A stretch of DNA of 64,000 nucleotides, taken from contig MCFH01000001.1 of NCBI GenBank assembly GCA_002104945.1, forward strand, positions 1,116,001-1,180,000, written 5' to 3'. The position numbers were made by a program, and so were the translations under genes. Under the pieces are notes generated by a model that had not been told where the DNA came from, made no database searches, and saw only the letters and a list, made by a program, of their open reading frames with translations. Shown here piece by piece: positions 42,534-55,112 of the stretch; within the stretch, counting starts at the first letter, position 1, and the number at the start of each line of letters is the position of its first letter. This DNA comes from Piromyces finnis finn. Lineage: Eukaryota; Fungi; Neocallimastigomycota.

Positions 42534-45500
42534 ATGTATAAACATAAATTAAATAGTATACTATTTCTTCATTTATTTAAGATAATACTATTTATATTAA
42601 TTACTGAAATATCATCAAGTGAAGAAATAATTGCTTCAACGGAATATCAATTTACTAATTATTTAGAACAACAAAATGAAATACATATAGAGGATATAGT
42701 AGAGATAAGAAATAAAATATATTTGAGTAATAAATCAATCATTAATATAATAGGAAGCAATAATGAGGACTGCATTATTAATATTAATAATAATCTCCAT
42801 GGAATAAATTTGGATTCTATTAAACAACTTAATATATCAAATGTATCTCTACTTGGAAAAATAACGATAAATAACACAGAGAAAATATATTTTAAAGATG
42901 TAAATATATATGGAAAAATAGCAGTGAACAATGAGATAAAAAATGTCGAATATATATTCGAAAATTGTAAATTTATTTCATATGATTATGAAGAGCTATA
43001 TGCATTTGAATTTTATAAATCAAATATAATATTTAAAAATTGTGAATTTGTTGGAAATAAAAATATAAGAAATATATTAAATATCTGGGGAAACCCAGAA
43101 ATTTTAGAAAATATAATAGAAATTTATAATACTTATTTTAATGGAAATTATAATTCATTGTGTTTCACTGGAAGTAATAGTTTCATTAAGATTTATAATT
43201 CACATTTTAACAATTGTCGTGATTATTACTTTGACCATGGGTATATATTTCATAAAATTAATATTCTCTTACAAAAACTATACAAATTATAAATTATAAA
43301 TTACTTAAAAAAATTATATTTATATTGTTATTATTTACTTCACATAATATAAATCTATAATGATTAATTTTACTCTTATAATACAATCTATGACAATTGA
43401 ATAAATAATAATAATAATAATATATATATATATATATAAAAGAGCATCTCTTCATATTTATAAATCAAATAGTTATATTGAAAATACACTTTTCGAAAAT
43501 TCCTATTCAATTGGATCGGGAGGATGTATAATAACAGTAAATTCTGATGTTAAATTCTATTCTAATACACTAAGAAATTGTACTTCAGATAATGGGGTAT
43601 TTATTAATATTTAATAATACAATCAATTGAAAATACATTAATATATATCCTATTGAATATATGTTTCATATTACTAAATTCTTACTTTTTATTTTAAATT
43701 TATCTAAATTTTATTCATTTACTAGGGAGGCGGATTCTCATCAGTTGAAAATATTAATAATAAAATTATAATAAAAAATACAAACTTTTACGGTGATATT
43801 AAAACACCTTATAAATCGCTAGGAGCCATTCTGAAGTAACACTAGTAAAAAAAAAAATAACAAATTTTAATGTTTCTTCATTTATTAATCCTACTATATA
43901 TTTTTTGTATAAAAAGTTTTATTGGAGAATTAAAAATTGAAATTGAAAATGTTCGAGCTCAGGATTTTCATTCCACTACTAATGGAGGATTGTTTTTTTA
44001 TAATGGATATCAAAATATTTTTATGAGGTTAATATACATTGTTGTATGACTTTTTTATAATGTAACATAAAATTCAGTATTTTAATTACTGCATATTAAT
44101 TAAAATATTTTTTACTTATCCATAAGAAATATTACAATTGATAATATTTCAGGGAAAAATATTGGAGGTTTGTTTATGCATGTAATTGGAGATCCATCAT
44201 ATACAACTTTAGAATTAAATAGCTGTCATTTATCAAATTTTTATCAATATAGTGAGAGAAATTCATGCGGATTTTTATGGCTAAATAATGTAAAAGCAAG
44301 GATTTGGAAGTATGTTAAAATCAATAAACGCTTATTAAATTTTTTAATATATTAATTAATAATTATTAAAATTCATTTCAATATAATTCTATATAATTGT
44401 GTTAATAAAAATAGTTGCAATATAGATAGTTTTAGTGGTATCAATAATAGGTATGTTCATTCCCAATAATAAACATTGTAATATAAAAACTTAATATATG
44501 AACCATAATTTATATATATATAAATATATATAAGTTTACTTTATCAAGATATAGATTCAATTACTGTAATCGAAAACAGTACATTTAATAATATAACATC
44601 CAATACACCATCTATAATGATTAATGATAATGTTATTGGATCAAAACAAAGTAAATTTTTAATATAACTTAAAATTATAAATAATAAATGTACATTAACT
44701 GTATAAATATTTCATGATAATTATTAATAGCAATAGTTATTAGAAACTGTAAATTCACAAATTTTATGACAAATATGGTAAATTTTATTTATTCGCTTGG
44801 GGGCACAATTTCTTTCAGTGATTCATCTGTAATGACAACAATATATTTGAATTTGATTATTTTAAAACATTAATTTAAAAATTAGTATTTCTTATTAAAA
44901 TATAATTATATATAAAATATTTAATTAATAAAATATTAACTTTTTGTTATAGCTTGAAAATTTTGAAGCATTTAATCATAAAAAGGATATTGAGTTCTGT
45001 GAAAGATTTCCATATACTTGTTCAATTATAGGAGCATCACAAAATAGAGGTGAAATTAATTTCGTAAATACTATCTTCAGAAATATAACCGGATGTAAAT
45101 ATTTTATAATATTTTAATATAAAATTCGAACAAAAAAATTAATACCATACTATTAAAATATTAGATGCTGGTTTTACAGTAGAACAATATGGGAAAGTTT
45201 CTATGGAAAATTGTCTTATCCAAAATAATAAATTAGAAAATGGGTTTATTTATATAACAAATAATAAAAGATGCTATGGAAATTATAACATAACAAATAG
45301 TGTATTTGATAACAATACCTCAAATAAAGGAACAATAATTCATATTAGTAAAAACTTGTATTTACTATATACAATTGATATTTATAACACAATATTTACT
45401 AATAATTATGCAAAAGAAAATGGTGGTATTATTTATTCATCAAGTAAATATTACAATAAATTAATAACAATAAATGATTGCCAATTTTATAATAACTACG

Positions 45501-45557
45501 CAGGTCAAAGTGGTAACTTTTCATTCATAATTTTATAATTTTTAAAATTACAATAGC

Positions 45558-45589
<32 letters not shown>

Positions 45590-47938
45590 TTATTTCATAG
45601 GATCCATTTTAATGTCATTAAATAGAAAAGAGGTTCCAATTTTTTCATACAAAAATGAAAAGCTATTAAATAATTTTTTGTATTTACTAAATGACACAAA
45701 AAGTTTTACAAGTAATCCTTCCTACATTGCTTGTGATCCAAAAAAAAAGAGATTTTCAATATATTCTGGTGACTCCCCGTTTAAGGCCATTAATTGTAAA
45801 TTAATTTTTATTATTTTAATGATATTTTGGATTTAAAAATTAATACGTATTAATGTATTAAATAATTATTTATAACAGGTAACATCTATGATGATTATGG
45901 AAATGGTAATGATAATTTATTAAATTATATATATTATATTTATTATATACTAAATTATTTGTAAAATGTATAATATTTTTCTAAATAGAAATTAAACTTG
46001 AAAATGATATAGATAATTATTCAATAAATGATTTGATGTATTTTAGTGTCAATATATATAATAAGAATAGAGGCCAGACAAATGATGTAAAAATTTATGG
46101 ATCGCATAACGGTTATTGTTGGTCAAATAAATGTGTTATAGGAAATATGAAAAGTATAATAAATAATAGTATTTCAAATATTTTAAATAATTGCTTTATT
46201 TATTAATAATATTAATTATTTTTTAATTAATCAGTTATTGGTGAACAAGGAGAATACGAATTGGTATTAAAACTCGAAAGTTTTGGTATGTTTAATAATA
46301 TTTTATGTTTCTTTATGAAAATATCCATATTAACTTCATTAAAAAAAAATATTCAGGAAAATATCAACCTTTTCCAGATAGTGAAATTACTGTAGATATT
46401 GAAATTAAAAAATGTGATAATTCAACTCATATATACCAAGATAATTTAAATATTGGATTAAGATCATGGTACCATAATATTTATCTATATTTCATTATTA
46501 TATATATTTTAATTATATATATTTATATATATCCAACAAATAATTACTTATATATATATACATATATATATGTACTTTCATAAAAATATATATTATACTA
46601 AGTTATCTTCCTACATGTTTTCAAAATTGTAACACTGGGAAATGTATCAATGATGACTTATGTGATTGTTCAAATACTGGATATACTGGAAAATATTGCA
46701 ATGAACATAATAAGCATATAAAAAACAAAATTCTTTATGTTTTCTATAATATGTTAATATTTATATTTATTACGATTTCATTTGCATCTATGTATTTAAT
46801 GAACATTAATAAAAATTTTGATATTATTAAAGCAGGTAATTTTTTTTATATATTTCTTCAGTAATAAAAAAATTAAATAAAATATATATTCATAATTATT
46901 TAATATTTAACTTTATAGGAAGCATAGAATTTTCATTTATTATTTTAATTGGTACAATATTTAATTATTCTGGAACATTGTTTGAAATAAATTCAAAAGG
47001 AAATATAGAATGCTTGTTATCAATAATTTTCAAACAACTTGTAATTTCTATAATATTTATTAATTTTAATCTAATAATGATTTATTTATTCATTCATTAT
47101 ATTTATATGATTTTTAATAGGGTTTTACTTTAACATATGGAACTTTACTAATTAAAAATTTCAGAATCTATAAAATGTACTATTTATATAATTCATTTTA
47201 ATAAAAAGTTATAATAATAAAAAGGACTAAACAAATATAATAATGATTTTTATTACAGATTTTTAAATGACAATTGTTATGAAATCGTAATGACAAGAAC
47301 AAAAATGTATGGATTTTTGTTTCTATTAATTTTCCTTGATGCTACATTTATTATGTACTGGAAATTAACTGATAATATTGGGATAATAAGTTCTTTAAAC
47401 GATAAAAATCAATTATATAAATCATGTAACATATTAAGAACAGGATTTATAAGGTAAAATTAGCATTTCCATTATATCTATTATTATTATAATAATAATA
47501 TCTTAAATGACAATAACTTATATACTTGTTGTATAAAAACTTGAAAAAAAAAAAAAAAAGCTTAATTAAAAACATAATCATTCTACTGTATTTAGCGTAT
47601 ATCAATTATCTAAATAGAAATATTCCTAAATTCTTCCAAGAGGTTTATAATTAATTATAAAATAATCATATTATAAACTATTTTTTAAATATATATTAAT
47701 TATTATAATTTTTATATAATAGGATACTTCTTTTTCAATATATTTGGGTTGCTTATATTTAATAATAATAGAGATTTTTAATAGGATATATTTAAAATAC
47801 AACGAAATCACTTTATTTTTAATATTTTTTGGTTCAACAATATGTACATTTTCAATAGTCTACTCACTATTTATCTCTAAATTTATAAAAATTTATAAAT
47901 TTTATTTCTATCATTATCTAATAATGAGAGAATCATAA
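42534..47938 (+). CDS. Class C-like 7TM receptor with signal peptide, right-handed beta-helix (pectin lyase-like) ectodomain and EGF-like module; many exons
   Basis: Repeats such as F.NN....GG.I (FTNNYAKENGGIIY, FDNNTSNKGTII). EGF-like CFQNCNTGKCINDDLCDCSNTGYTGKYC. 7TM with DIIKAG-SIEF, ECLLSIIFKQLGFTLTYGTLLIKNFRIYKIF, NIPKFFQE and FISKFIKIY. Confidence 0.85.
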
Positions 47939-48893
47939 TATTAATTTTTTTATATTTTAATACATTTCAAACATTTCGACACTTTTTGACCTATACTTTA
48001 CTATTTATTTATTAATAGATTAGTAATAATTGTATTTTATTTATTTACTTTAGATTAATAATCATTTATCATAAATTTTTAAAACATCAAAAACATAATT
48101 AAAAAATCATTTTGCATTACTTATTTCTACATTTTAATCCTTTTTATTAAAATATATAAAATATTATTTGAATTTCATAGTATTTTGTGCTTAATATTCA
48201 AATAATGAAAAAAAAAATAATAATAATAATTATTTTTTTTTTTTTTAGTTTGACCTTTCTTCTTTAGAACTAATGTTATAAAAAAGCTTAAATAATTTAA
48301 TATTGATGATTCAAACATCAATATAAATTCATTCAAAATTATACACTTTTATAAAATATTAGATACCGTTATATAAAAAAAATTACTATTTATGTATTTT
48401 TAAATATAATAAATATATTTAAAAAAAAGGATAAAAATACAAAAAGGAAATAAAGATTTAATAAAAGTATAAGCTTTTCTTCTTTTATTAAGAGTAAAAA
48501 AAAAAAAAAGTGAATATTTTAATTAAAACACAACACAATTAAAATATATATTATTCTATATATTATATTTATAATATTTATTTAATTTATTTCAAATTAT
48601 TTATTTTATATTAAAAAATTAATTATTACTCTATTATATTTAATTTTATTTTAATTTTTTTTTAAATATTAATTTTTATATAAATATAAAATAAAATTTT
48701 TTAATAAAAATATATTTTAATTTTAAATTCAATTGTTAAATTTGAAATTAATATTATGTAATTATAAATTTTTTTATCTAAATAAATAAATATCATTCAA
48801 AATAATATTATTTATCATACTAATATTTATATATTAATAAAAAAAAACTAATTATAATAATATAATTATATATTTGATTAGAATTAAAACAAA

Positions 48894-51296
48894 ATGAGTT
48901 CAATTGGAACTGGGGTAAATTTCATTATATTGTTTTTTTGAAAGAATTAAATGTTCTAGAAAATTTCAATAATATAGGAATCTAGTTATATAAATAAAAG
49001 AAAATTACAATAATATAAGAATAAAAATCAATAAAATAAAATGTTTTATCATTGATACTAAATAATGTAACACCAACAATAATGATAACTCTAATTTATA
49101 TTTATATTAATTTATATTATAATCAATAATTTGTATTAATATAGTTCAATAAAATTCATTTTAAAATTAATAAATATATATATATTTAAAAAGAAAAATT
49201 AATTTAAAACTGGATAATTTGTTCATTTAATTCAATAATACATTAGATATTTTTCAAATAAAAAAAAAAGAATAGTATACAAAGATGATCATATCATTAC
49301 CATAATATTCATTTGACTAACTTAATAATATCTTTCATTATTTATCTTCATTCTAAATGTTAGTATGATCTTTCATCTTCTACCTATTCTCTTGATGGTA
49401 GAATTTTCCAAGTTGAATATGCTATGAAAGCTGTTGATAACAGTGGGTAAGTGTATTAAACTATTTAAATATCTTTTTCAATATATTTCATATATATTAG
49501 AAATGTTTTAAGCATTTTAAAATTTAAATAATATTATATTTATATGTGTATATAAATAATATGAAAAATAATCAAATTATAACTATATATAAAAAATTAA
49601 TTCACAAATTAATAAATTTATATAAAGTAAAATTTGATGTAATATTCATCTATTGATCATATTTTATTTAATATTAAGAAAATTTATATATTCTAACAAT
49701 TTATTTCATTCTTATATACATATACATTAAATATATATATCGTGTAACAATTATATATTATAATAATTAATTATTTTAATGAATACTTTTCATTTAAAAA
49801 CTCACATAATAAAGTTTATGTATTGGTGTCAGAGCTAAAGATGGTGTTGTCTTAGCTATTTCAAAGCTTGTTCATTCTAAATTATTAGTTCCAAAATCTA
49901 ACAAAAGAATTGCTTCTGTCGATCAACACATTGGAATGGTTAATATTAATTTGTTTTTTTGCAATATCCAAATTATATAATGAAATTTGAAATTAAAATG
50001 TTACAATTATTTATGAAAAAAAAAGAAAAATGCAAATAAACAGTTAAAAAATAGTTTAATAATATAAGAAAATGTTTATTAGAATATTTTTTAAAAAAAA
50101 AAAGTTGAGATTTTAATAAATAATTTAAAGCATAAAAAGCATAACAAAATACAATTTAAAATCAAAATTGAAATCTATTACAAATTATTAGATAATGTTC
50201 ATAATAATAACAGTGATATAATATACTATACTATAAAAATAAATGTAGGTTTGTCCAGGTTTAGTTGCAGATGGTAAAGCTCTTATTAAGAGAGCTAGAC
50301 TTGAAGCTCAAAACTACAAGGATAACTACAGATTACCAATTTCTGGAAAGGTAAATAATGATTTATTATAAAAAAATTTTTATAATTAAACTCTTAATAA
50401 ATAAAATATTTTCAATTTTCTATGCAATATATTGATTTATATATTTTATATTTTGATTAAATATAATATAATAACAATCATTAAAATAAAAAATAGATGA
50501 TTGCTGACAGAATGGGTCAATTTGTTCAAGCATACACTTTATATTCTAGTGTTAGACCATTCGGTTGTAGTACTCTTATTGCTACCTATGATGAAGTTGG
50601 TCCAAGTTTATATATGATTGATCCATCTGGTGTTTACTGGGTAAGGATTTTATCTTACTACTAAATAAAATAATTAATAATTTTATTGTCTAATTATTTA
50701 TATATACAACTATTTTTGAACTATCAATAGGGATACTTTGGTTGTGCTGTTGGTAAGAATAAGCAAATTGCTAAAGCTGAAATAGAAAAATTAAAGTTAA
50801 AGGAAATAACTGCTCGTGAAGCTGTTATGGAAGTTGCCAGAATGTATGTTTAATCAAACATAATTGTTAATTATAATTGAAATAATAATAATTGCTAAAA
50901 AAATAAATTAAATACTTTATATAATTTTTTTACTAAATTAAAAACAATTCTATAAAAAAAAAAAAAAAAAGCATTTACTCCGTTATGGAAGATGATATCA
51001 AGGATAGAGATTATGAAATAGAATATACTTGGATTTGTGATGAATCTAACAAGAAGCATACTGAAGTCCCAAGTGATCTTGTTGAAGAAGCTGAAAAGAA
51101 GGCTAAGGTAAAGAAAGTTGTTAATAATAAATAATAAGAGTTGTTAAAATATATATATTTCATATGTATTTCATTGTTAATAAAAAAAAATTCATACTGA
51201 TTATTATTATTTAATTTAATACTTTTAATTATTTTTTAAATATAGGAATCATTGGACGATGACGATGATGATGATGATATGGATGATGACGAATAA
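48894..51296 (+). CDS. PRE10: 20S proteasome subunit alpha7 (PSMA3/Pre10), 8 exons
   Basis: Spliced: MSSIGTG|[28 protein letters not shown]|[12 protein letters not shown]...[13 protein letters not shown]...MIDPSGVYW|GYFGCAVGK...WICDES...EAEKKAK|[16 protein letters not shown]. The N-terminus and acidic tail are diagnostic of alpha7. Confidence 0.95.
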
Positions 51297-51856
51297 ATAA
51301 ATTAATTTGGAAAAATATAAATTATGTTAAATCAGAATTTCTTTATTTATAAATATAAAAACAAATGAAATTAAATAATAATATATATTATCGTTTAATA
51401 TATCCATAACAACATTTATCAATTAAGCATCAATATTCACAAAACAATTTAATAATATAGCAAACAAAAAATTATAAATTTTCAAAACAATTATATCATA
51501 ATAATTTATAAAAACAAATAAAAAAAATTTGCATATTATAAAAAATGAAGAAAAAATAATCATATATAAATAAAAAAAAATTAATAAAAATAAAATATAT
51601 TACTTATAATTGTAATTAAAAAAAAATTAAAATAAAAAAAAAATAAATAAAATTATATTCAATAAAAAAAAAAAAAAAACATCCTAAGTCTTTTATATAT
51701 TATTTAATATATACAATGAAAATTGAAAGCATAAATAAAAAAAAAAAAGGTATGATTCATAATAACTAAGAAGTAGTTTATAAAGAATTAAGAAAGAAAG
51801 AAGAATAAAATGATAGTATTAAATGCTATTTTTATAATTAATGGTTAATAGTTTTA

Positions 51857-51887
<31 letters not shown>

Positions 51888-52683
51888 TAAATAAGGTGTA
51901 TATTAATGACGATTATATTATTAAATTAAAAATATAAAAGGAAAGATTAATTTAGCTATGCTGTTAAATTAATGAAAAGTATTATAATATCTTAATTTAT
52001 ATATAAAAAGTAAATGGAAAAAGAAATAAGAAATAAATGAAAATATAATTTATATTCTCTAGGTTCAATATTTTTTAAAAAAGGATAAAGTGAGAATTTA
52101 TATTATTATTTAATAAAACTTTAACAAAAAAATATAAATAATATAAAAGTTTTCAATTGTATAATTAGAGTTAATCATAACATGTTTTAGTTTTGGTTTT
52201 AAAGAAATTAACCAATAAAGCAGTATATATAAATTTACTAAAGAAAGGATAATAATTGTATTTAATTTATCGATAATAAGAGTAATATTAACATATAGCT
52301 TATAATTACTTATGTGTTTTTCAAGAATTAATAAGAGCCATAGTAATACATAAAGCTTTTAACTTTAAAGTCATATGTTTCCTTGAATTGCCATTTGGTT
52401 TAATTGATCTTTAAAATAAAAGTGTCTATCCAATTTTTCATTTTTCATTTACAAATGTTTATTTATTTATTCATTTTTTTTTTTTTTTTAAAAAAATTTC
52501 AAAGATTTTTATCTATAACCTTCTCTAAATTTCAAATTATTAATAACTATTGATAAATAAATAAATAATATTTACTTATCTTATATTAAGTTTTTCTTTT
52601 TTTTTTTTTTTTTTTTTTGTTTGATAGGTGAGGGATTCATAAAAATATAGAATATGATTTGAAAATAAATTTGTATTTGAAAA

Positions 52684-53153
52684 ATCCAACTTGTATCTGC
52701 TTCTTGCTTTCAATAGCCAGTAGAAACCATAGGCAAACCATAGGCAAACTCTGGGTACTCATAACATAATTTAATAAAATCTTTAGTTCCAATAAATTTA
52801 TTATTATCATAATATTGCGCTTTGATTGAATTTCCTTTGAAATCTTTCCAATAAAAGTTTTTAACTGCTTTAATATCTCCATGCTTCTTTAATTTTTTAT
52901 CAAGTGTCCTACTTGATTTGCACCATGTATATTTTCTAAATTTTGGAATGTAATTGACAAGGTATGAGATGATACAATTTGAGTTTTTCCACTTGTTAAA
53001 ACATCTAACCTGAGCTAATGAGCATCTGGCTAAAAATGGAAGAATATTCGAATCTTTTGAGATAGAGTATAAAGATATAAACAATACAGCTTTATAAACT
53101 CCGGCAACCCATCGTATTCCTTTGTTAACATGCTTCTAAGCAATCCTAGACCT
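52684..53153 (-). mobile_element. LINE family A copy A1 (most diverged; both ends truncated)
   Basis: Matches A5 62797-63255 with about 26 substitutions in ~460 bp (hand count). In-frame TAG near 53137-53139 and an 11-bp duplication aaaccataggc (52724-52745). Confidence 0.9.
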
Positions 53154-55028
53154 TTTTTTTAATGGCATCAAATACTTTTAAACTTTATTATTAATTTAAT
53201 TAAACTTATAATACATGTTACAAAAAAACGAAATTTAAAAAAAAAAAAAGAAAAAGAAAAAGAAATATGCTTAAATAAACACAAATAAATAAAAATTGGA
53301 TATAATGTATTCTAGTAATTTTAATTAAAGTAAGAAAGCCACTATTATACTAAAATATAATAATTGTATTTGACTTCAAATGGGACACCGAGCCAAAGAT
53401 CAAAATTTTGTCATGGAACAAAATTATGATCTCCATTTGTTGCGCTGGCCCTCCTGGCCTGTCTTACTGTTTCTTCAGTATTGACGCTCTTGGATGTTGT
53501 TTCAAACCTTTTGAGCATTGACCATTGCTGGCTAATAACAAAAGGCATGATTTTGGTTAGAAGTTCTGCTGTTACTGTCAAGAATAGTATTCCTTCGTAA
53601 GTGCCAGATTGAATCTGACACTATTGCTATCATTACTAATATTATTATTTCTACTACTACTATTATTATCATCACTATTGCTATCATTACTAATATTATT
53701 ATTTCTACTAGTACTATTATTATCATCACTATTGCTATCATTACTAATATTATTATTTCTACTACTACTATTATTATCATCACTATTGCTATCATTACTA
53801 ATATTATTATTTCTATTACTACTATTGTTATTATTACTATTGTTATTATTACTATTGTTACTATTACTATTACTGTTATTGCTATCTCTGCTGATATTAA
53901 CATTTTCATTATTATTGATAGGACTATTGGAATTACGTTGACTGAAAAAATTTAGTAGCTGGACTATGGAATCATAATGTTTAATACGGATATCTCTAAA
54001 TGTTGGACAATCTAATAACCAATGTTTAATACTTTGATCTCCACACTTGCAACATGGACAGTAGTTAGGACAAACTGGATCAACAAATTTAGCAGCTTTG
54101 GCAACTCTAGCATACAACTTGTATCCGCTTCTTGCTTTCAATAGCCAGTAGAAGCCATAGGCAAACTCTGGGTACTCATAATATAATTTAATGAAATCTT
54201 TAGTTTCAATAAATTTATTATCATCATAATATTGCGCTTTGATTGAATTCCCTTTGAGATCTTTCCAATAAAAGTTTTTAACTGCTTTAACATCTCCATG
54301 TTTCTTTAGTTTTTTATCAAGTGTCCTACTTGATTTGCACCACGTGTATTTTCTAAATTTAGGAATGTAATTGACAAGGTGTGAGATAATACAATTTGAG
54401 TTTTTCCATTTGTTAAAACATCTAACCTGAGCTAACGCACATTTGGCTGACAATGGAGGAATATTCAAATCTTTTGAGATAGAGTATAAAGATATAAACG
54501 ATACAGCTTTATGAACTCCGGCAACCCATCGTATTCCTTTGTTAACATGCTTCTGAGAAATCCTAGACCTAGCTTTGTTGGATCCAAGTAATGGTGCAAA
54601 GTATGAAACTCTGCTAATCACTTGTGAGTTAAGTACTAGCTTTTTGAAGGGAATAGGAATATTAGGATTTCTTAAGAATTTACTGACTGAGAAAAGTCCT
54701 TTCAAAACCTTGTTATTAAGAGCTTTAATAACTGGTTTAAGGGACAGATTCTTATCAAATGGAACACCAAGATAAGTATAGCAATCAGTAGTTGGAATGG
54801 GTTGTCCTGCTAAGTAAAATGTTGGATCTCTCTTGTTCTGATTTTCTATTGATTCAGAACGAATCACCATCGTTGAACATTTCTGAATACCAAATTCCAT
54901 TTCATTATACAAGGCCCATTCATTAACTCTTCTAAGCATCTTTTTTAAGCATCCTCTTGTTGGAGCACAAATAACTATATCATCTGCAAAAAGTCCACCA
55001 CAGCATCGAGTGTCACCTAAACTGACTC
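53153..55028 (-). mobile_element. LINE family A copy A2 (5'-truncated, short poly(A))
   Basis: The family-A 3' end follows T8 at 53153-53160. It covers the RT FADD motif to the C-terminus. A deletion of about 184 bp frameshifts the tail, and it carries a 54-bp coding repeat. Confidence 0.92.
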
Positions 55029-55060
55029 TAAAATGTTGGATCTCTCTTGTTCTGATTTTC

Positions 55061-55062
<2 letters not shown>

Positions 55063-55112
<50 letters not shown>

